The notes under the pieces were generated by a model that worked only from the letters and a program-made list of their open reading frames with translations, did not search any database and was not told where the DNA came from. This document shows, piece after piece, positions 58,420 to 64,000 of a DNA stretch of 64,000 bases. Source of the stretch: a virus. Lineage: Duplodnaviria; Caudoviricetes. The translations under genes were made by a program, and so were the position numbers. Every line of letters starts with the position of its first letter. The first letter of the stretch is position 1. Location of the stretch: positions 32,001 to 96,000 of IMG/VR virus record IMGVR_UViG_3300029288_000080; one strand, given 5' to 3'.

Positions 58420-59145
58420 ATGCTGAATCCGATTCCATCTGGACCCAAGCGATCTGGTGTGTACCAGATTGTGAACCGCGTGAACCACAAGGTTTATGTC
58501 GGGAGTTCGCACGAAATAAGCTATCGGTGGAAGCAACACCGAAAAGCTTTGGTTTCTGGCACACATCATTGTCGTCATTTACAGCACGCGTGGAACCTAT
58601 ACGGAGCCGACACGTTTGAGTTTGAGGTTGTTGAGCACTGCACAGAGGAACAGTTACTATCCAGGGAGCAAGTCTGGCTCGACGCCGCTGTGGCGCAGGG
58701 CATTGCGTATAATGTCTGCCCGGTAGCGACTTCCCCACTTGGTGTAGTTCGATCTGACGAATTTAAAGAAAAATGCACGACATTATGTTGGGGAACCAAC
58801 GATCCAAGGGCGCGATGCGCTCCCCTGAAACCAGAGCCCTGATGAGTGCCGCGGCAACGGGTCGTGTGGCTTCTCCCGAGACCCTGGCGAAGTTGAGCCG
58901 AGTCCCACAAGGGGATCGTGCCTTCCGAGGAAACCCGAGAGAAGCACCGCGTCAACATGTTGGGTAACAAGCATCGACTCGGACAGAGCCCATCCGAGGA
59001 AACCAAAGTCAAGATGGCAGAAGCTCATCGTGGCAATCAGAACGCCAAGGGCAAGCATTGGAATCTGTCGGAAGGAACCAAGGAGCGAATGAAAGCTGCT
59101 TGGTCCAGACGGAAAGCTAAAGCAGCGGAGACAGTTAATGCGTAA
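58420..59145 (+). pseudogene. GIY-YIG homing endonuclease with NUMOD3 repeats, broken by two compensating frameshifts
   Basis: SGVYQIVN...KVYVGSS, HLQHAWNLYG, REQ, YN; SEET-K repeats spread over three ORFs (shifts near 58770 and 58897). Confidence 0.75.
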
Positions 59146-60430
59146 TCTTAGACCCGCAGAGCTGGCAAGAGGCTTAGTGCTGGAATATCGTACAGAAAAT
59201 CCTGGCGATATTTCTCGTTTGGGAGGTACATCGGCGGGGACTACTAGATGGGATCAAGATAAGGGTGAATATTTTAATGGTACAGACCATTATGTCACAC
59301 TGAAACCAAGCGAACAGATATTTTCGTCGGGGTTCTGGTCTTGTGTGATTGAGTTTACGCCTAATTTTGATTTAGATGAAGGCGTCCAGCGTTCGTGGTT
59401 TATGGATAACAGTACAAATGTTTCGTTTGTTAAAAACAGTGTTGGCAGTTTGATTTTTACGGTCAATACTGCGTCGGTAACTGTAACGCTTGCAAACTAT
59501 AGATCATATTGGAATTCATCCGGAAGAAACGTAATTGCGCTTGCGTACAGAAACAACGCGCAAACTATGTGGCTAAATGGCGTCCAAATCGGAACGGGAG
59601 CCGGTGCCAATGCGTCATATTCACTTTCCACATCATATGCTGTTGGTGCAAGAACCACCGGAACATTCAAGTTCTCCGGTTACATTCATTCCATCAAGTT
59701 CTTCAAACACGCGACAGCCGGAGAATTACTTACAGCCCAGGAAGCTGCTGATTTTTTCACGCGCGCGACCTACCGGTTCCGTGAACATGCAACTTGTATA
59801 CTTCCTTTTTCCGCCGCAACCCATGACGCTACTAATAATCGAACTTTAGACGTTAGTGGGAAAGGTAATCACTTTCGATTTGGCGACGGTTCCCTGGTAA
59901 CAACTTTCCCAACGAAGTTAGCGACCAGGGGATATAGTTTTGATGCGGGTGGTTCTTTGCAGCGTTTGAATGACTTTGGCATCAATGGAAGCGACTTTAC
60001 TGTTTGCATGTTGTACAAAAAAAATACGGATGTAACTGCATATGAATGGTACAACAGAAATATACTTGGTACAACTGGTTTAGGGCAATATTATGCCGCG
60101 GCATCTTATAGAACATTACACAACAACGGGTCCGCGTCAGACATCATTAGTGGCGTATCATATTCAAGCAGCCTTAGATTTTGGACTACAGCTTATGTAG
60201 CATCGACATCCAAGGCAGATATATATCTAAATGCAAAATTTGTGGAACAATCCCCAGCGCTTCAAGTAGCCAACGGGTATGGGTATGGGTTTCTTCTTGG
60301 TAATAGTACTGACCATGCGTCTGGTTTGAATGGTTCCATCTTCTATTTTTCCCTATACCCATTCGCGCTTACGCCACTTCAGATAAAAGCTGAATATCAG
60401 TATGCTGTTTCCGGAATAAACAAGGTATAG
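59138..60430 (+). CDS. LamG/concanavalin A-like jelly-roll domain virion protein
   Basis: YFNGTDHYV, MWLNGVQ, FSGYIHSI, LDVSGKGNH, IYLNAK, ALTPLQIK; AT-rich. Confidence 0.7.
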   Translation: MRNLRPAELARGLVLEYRTENPGDISRLGGTSAGTTRWDQDKGEYFNGTDHYVTLKPSEQIFSSGFWSCVIEFTPNFDLDEGVQRSWFMDNSTNVSFVKNSVGSLIFTVNTASVTVTLANYRSYWNSSGRNVIALAYRNNAQTMWLNGVQIGTGAGANASYSLSTSYAVGARTTGTFKFSGYIHSIKFFKHATAGELLTAQEAADFFTRATYRFREHATCILPFSAATHDATNNRTLDVSGKGNHFRFGDGSLVTTFPTKLATRGYSFDAGGSLQRLNDFGINGSDFTVCMLYKKNTDVTAYEWYNRNILGTTGLGQYYAAASYRTLHNNGSASDIISGVSYSSSLRFWTTAYVASTSKADIYLNAKFVEQSPALQVANGYGYGFLLGNSTDHASGLNGSIFYFSLYPFALTPLQIKAEYQYAVSGINKV

Positions 60431-60581
60431 AAATGAATACCCTAATCAAAAGTGTAGGTTTCTTTGGTTCACTACGTTCACGGGTATCTTCGGCCGCCGA
60501 AAAAAATTTTCGGGCGGCTAAGAAAAAGGTAGCAGCATAATGGTCTTGTTGGTGTGTAAAACGATTGTCTGAGGCCGCACC

Positions 60582-61241
60582 ATGGAAACCAGCACCGTCA
60601 AATCCGGCATCTACCAGATTGTCAACAAGGTAAACGGCAAGGTTTATGTCGGGAGTGCCGTTAATATCAACGAACGCTGGTACGAACATAGGCGTACTCT
60701 AAATAAGGGCACGCATGCAAACGTGTACCTTCAGCGCTCTTGGTGTGAACACGGAGCGGATGCTTTTGTGTTTGAAATAGTTGAAATAGTTGCAGATGCG
60801 CAAGATTTAATTGCACGGGAACAATTTTGGTTGGATCGACAGTGTGTGGTAAGCCACGGATACAATATTTGCCGTATTGCTGGGTCCACGCTGGGTAAGG
60901 CACACTCGGAAGAAACAAAAAACAAAATAAGCACTGCGTTAACAGGTAAGTCGCTTCCTTCGGAGACACGCGCCAAGATTAGCGCCGCGAAGAAAGGACA
61001 TAAGTTTGGTCCTATGTCTGAGGAGCATAAAGCACGCATAAGCACATCCAAAAAAGGGAAACCAGTAGCCACCAAAGAACAGCACGCTACACTAGCAAAC
61101 AGATTCATAGAACTGAATAAGGCGCGCATTGGTGTTCCTTTGTCCGAAGAGCACAGGGCTAAGATAAAAAACAGCGTCACTGTTGCGCGAGCACTTCGGT
61201 CGGCGGGGCAAATCCTTACCACCGATAAAAGCGAGGAATGA
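60582..61241 (+). CDS. GIY-YIG homing endonuclease with NUMOD3 repeats
   Basis: SGIYQIVNKVNGKVYVGSA, LQRSW..HG, REQFW, GYNI, HSEETKNKIS repeats. Confidence 0.88.
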   Translation: METSTVKSGIYQIVNKVNGKVYVGSAVNINERWYEHRRTLNKGTHANVYLQRSWCEHGADAFVFEIVEIVADAQDLIAREQFWLDRQCVVSHGYNICRIAGSTLGKAHSEETKNKISTALTGKSLPSETRAKISAAKKGHKFGPMSEEHKARISTSKKGKPVATKEQHATLANRFIELNKARIGVPLSEEHRAKIKNSVTVARALRSAGQILTTDKSEE

Positions 61242-61243
61242 TT

Positions 61244-63217
61244 ATGTCGATCCTTGATGACCTCGTCCGTGCTGGCCAACTTGCGCTCTACTGGGACTTC
61301 CGCTCCGGAACTTTCTTAGACTACAGTGGACACGGTTTCAACGGCACGGTCGGCGGTTCAATGGGTTCGCCGCGCCCCTGGTTGGACGCCAGGCCCAGTG
61401 GATACTGCACGAGCGCTGCGGCACTCCCGGCCGACAATTATTCTGGCTGCATCCTATTGGGTCAGCGCCATTACACTCCAGCGGCGGCCCAGTATTGCAT
61501 CTGGATTGACGCGACCCACTACGCTGTATTTGGAACCGGAGGATTGTTCTCGGTTTATGGTGCCGGTACCATCAGGAACTCGGCCTCGGTCGTAGGGGCC
61601 ACTTGCGTCGGTTGGAATCAGGTGGCCGGAACCACCGGAGCAATTTATCGGGATGGCAGTTTGCTGGGCGCTTTTTCGGGAAACCTGGACGCAGTGTCGT
61701 TGGCGGCTGGAACTAAGTATTTCTTCAACGCCAGTGGTGGCGCTTCGCCCTTGGCCTATGGGATCAAGGCCCTGGTCATTACCTCAACGGTGTTGTCTGC
61801 AACGCAGCATAGTCAATTGGTGGCTGACTTGGCGACACGGGATAGATCTTGGACAACCCGCACACACTCTATTCGGCAGGCTGACTGTAGTGTTGACCCT
61901 AATACCCCCGGTTTAGTTGCCGCTTGGGATACTATTGAAAACGGTATACTGATCGATATTATCGGTGGGAAAAATGGAACCCAAGTCGGTTCACCGGTAT
62001 CAGCAAGTAAACCTTATGGTCGCGCAATTAAATTTGGTTATGAATCTGGGTTTACGTTCAACCCAGCTATGGGGGTTACGGGTCCATTCAGTATTTCATT
62101 TATTGCTGAACCGACTGAATACACAAATGCTGCCAACCATTTTATTATTCATGGGGCTTCTAGTGGTGGGAACCAAATCATTCTATTCAAAAGTGGTTCT
62201 GTATGCAAACTATCCTTTAGCGCTTCTATTGGTGGTACGGTAAGAAGTTTGAACGCAACATCTTATGATTGGTATACTGGACAGTGCAGACACATTGTTT
62301 GCTGCTATGATGGTCAATATCTACGGATTTATCAAAATGGCAATCTTGATGCTACTTCACCTGAATATCTTGGGGCAACCACATTTTTTTCCGGTGCCGG
62401 AACTGGTGTAGTCGGATATAGGTCCGGTGTTTCCGGAAACGATTACACAGGGTGCATAAAAGGTGTACAGGTTTACAATACCGCTAAGACAGCCGAACAG
62501 GTTAGGGGGCTGTACGAAAAATCGGGGCTAAAAGAAATTCAAGAAACATCTTCTTTCGGAGTACCTGTATCAACAGCAAGTAGGGGTGGTATAACCGGTT
62601 CCTATTTAGAAAATACCCGATGGGCTTTCGGTTCTACCACCCCGAGATACACTATCGACGTTGCTTCGATATCAGGGGAAGCCTGCAAGATGCTGGTTTG
62701 CGGGACCGCGGGACCGCTTTACAAACGAACCCCCAGCCAGTTCACAGACCAGCAAGCCGGCTACGGTTCTTGGGAATGGACCTGGATTAAGTCAGCCGCG
62801 GGCAGCATGGACGTCATGGTGGTCGCGAGTGACAAAACCGCCCCCGGGACCGCTGGCAACAACGGCTATTTCGTCCGGGTCGACGCCAACGAAAAAGTCT
62901 GGCTGTACAAAGCGGCTGGCGTGACCCTGACGCCGTTGCTCTCGACCGGCAACGATTATGTTGTCGCGGGAACCGCCTATACGTTCCGGTTGACCAGGAC
63001 ATTTGCGGGTGTGTGGACCCTTTGGATCCGGGGCCTCGCGGCCAGTCCAGGTTGGACCTTGGTTTCCAACGCGGGAGGTGGAACCAATCCCACGGCTGCG
63101 GAGAACACGTATACATCTAGCCTGTATAGCATCATCGACATTGACGCGACCGACCGGGTTTCCGTCGGGGCGCAGTCCGGCAACTATTCGATGGTTTGGC
63201 GACCTTTCGTTTTTTAA
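61244..63217 (+). CDS. LamG/concanavalin A-like domain virion protein (receptor-binding candidate)
   Basis: DYSGHGFNGT, GLVAAWD, HIVCCYDGQYLRIYQNG, GCIKGVQVYNTAKT. Confidence 0.7.
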   Translation: MSILDDLVRAGQLALYWDFRSGTFLDYSGHGFNGTVGGSMGSPRPWLDARPSGYCTSAAALPADNYSGCILLGQRHYTPAAAQYCIWIDATHYAVFGTGGLFSVYGAGTIRNSASVVGATCVGWNQVAGTTGAIYRDGSLLGAFSGNLDAVSLAAGTKYFFNASGGASPLAYGIKALVITSTVLSATQHSQLVADLATRDRSWTTRTHSIRQADCSVDPNTPGLVAAWDTIENGILIDIIGGKNGTQVGSPVSASKPYGRAIKFGYESGFTFNPAMGVTGPFSISFIAEPTEYTNAANHFIIHGASSGGNQIILFKSGSVCKLSFSASIGGTVRSLNATSYDWYTGQCRHIVCCYDGQYLRIYQNGNLDATSPEYLGATTFFSGAGTGVVGYRSGVSGNDYTGCIKGVQVYNTAKTAEQVRGLYEKSGLKEIQETSSFGVPVSTASRGGITGSYLENTRWAFGSTTPRYTIDVASISGEACKMLVCGTAGPLYKRTPSQFTDQQAGYGSWEWTWIKSAAGSMDVMVVASDKTAPGTAGNNGYFVRVDANEKVWLYKAAGVTLTPLLSTGNDYVVAGTAYTFRLTRTFAGVWTLWIRGLAASPGWTLVSNAGGGTNPTAAENTYTSSLYSIIDIDATDRVSVGAQSGNYSMVWRPFVF

Positions 63218-63229
63218 CCAGGAGACCTC

Positions 63230-63985
63230 ATGGCCACCACGGTTTTGAATCTCACGAGTGCTGACCTTATCCTGCCGCTCCCCGTGAACCAACGGGTGCC
63301 GGCCGGTGGGTCACTTTATCTCCCGTACGTCGAATACGATGTCCTGACCAACGATCCTCGGTTCGCCGACATGATCGCCAGGGCGATCATCCGGCTGGAC
63401 AGCCAGGATAACCGCGTCGACACTTTGGAGGTCAAGGCCGAACCTGTAGGCCTGGATTACCTTGAGATTGCCGACTCTGAAGCCGATTGGGCCAAAAAGA
63501 AAGCCACGTTGGCCAGTCTGATTGATATGATCCCCGTGGCCACGATCACGACGCCCGGACTCATGAGTGCCCTGGACAAAACCCATCTTGAGGAGTTACT
63601 CGCCATGCTCGATACCCCTGCGGTTCAAGTTGCCGACTACGCCACCACGACCAGTGATCTGACCCCCACGGTCGTGACCGATGGTTTCCCGCTACCGATC
63701 ACTGGGTTCAAAGAAACGATTGTGTTCGCCGCGACCATCATGGCCGCCGGGGCCGCGACCATCACGGGGATCGTCTGGCTCTGGCAGGCCCTCGCGACCG
63801 TACCGGCGTGGTATCCGCTCCGGTCCATCACGCTGGGCAACGAGGCCGTCGTCGTGGCCGACACTGACCAACTGGTTGGAAGCGTTGCGGAGATCACGTG
63901 GCCCAGGGGAGTCACCAGGGTAACATGGCAGACGATTTCGGAAACCGGGACGCCTTCGGACCGCAACATCACGATCACGGCGTAG
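63230..63985 (+). CDS. putative virion/tail fibre-associated protein
   Basis: RBS AGGAG; GLMSALDK motif typical of phage fibre proteins. Confidence 0.55.
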   Translation: MATTVLNLTSADLILPLPVNQRVPAGGSLYLPYVEYDVLTNDPRFADMIARAIIRLDSQDNRVDTLEVKAEPVGLDYLEIADSEADWAKKKATLASLIDMIPVATITTPGLMSALDKTHLEELLAMLDTPAVQVADYATTTSDLTPTVVTDGFPLPITGFKETIVFAATIMAAGAATITGIVWLWQALATVPAWYPLRSITLGNEAVVVADTDQLVGSVAEITWPRGVTRVTWQTISETGTPSDRNITITA

Positions 63986-64000
63986 CCATGGACATCCGAC

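Noticed and set aside
58760-58910. Programmed frameshifting in the GIY-YIG gene
   Set aside because: Two compensating single-base indels with no clear slippery heptamer; decay or sequencing error is more parsimonious
59138-63217. Diversity-generating retroelement acting on the LamG genes
   Set aside because: No reverse transcriptase and no TR/VR pair differing at adenines found

Overview
A 64 kb, essentially all plus-strand segment of a large (probably jumbo) tailed dsDNA phage genome. The host cannot be assigned from the sequence. About 1-15 kb is an accessory region: a C-terminally truncated stand-alone Cas3, two Zn-finger paralogues, a KamA-type radical SAM enzyme, Hsp20, an odd tRNA-CAT preceded by a hairpin RNA candidate, TnpB, ThyX, an SLT lysozyme-fold protein and a DUF4160/DUF2442 pair. 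About 15-55 kb is the packaging and head module: intein-containing terminase, portal, scaffold-like protein, prohead protease, two duplicated decoration-like genes and the major capsid protein. About 55-64 kb holds virion beta-rich/LamG-like genes and two GIY-YIG endonuclease genes. The most notable candidate system is a set of modular proteins inside the head module (RelE, several ADP-ribosyltransferase-like domains, GNAT, ParB-like, Nudix, DUF5661). Their domains are often separated by K/R-T-A (K/R-x-A) linkers, and four of them begin with a shared [IL][RQ][YH]xG[HA]xY peptide, which suggests capsid-targeted, protease-processed injected cargo. Other notable signals are a recurrent CAC[GC]TTA-N3-T[AT]TA[GA]T putative late promoter and a TnpB insert that carries this promoter and supplies a new RBS/ATG to the gene it interrupts. 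All family calls come from motif recognition by eye, not database searches. Several single-base frameshifts may be assembly errors.
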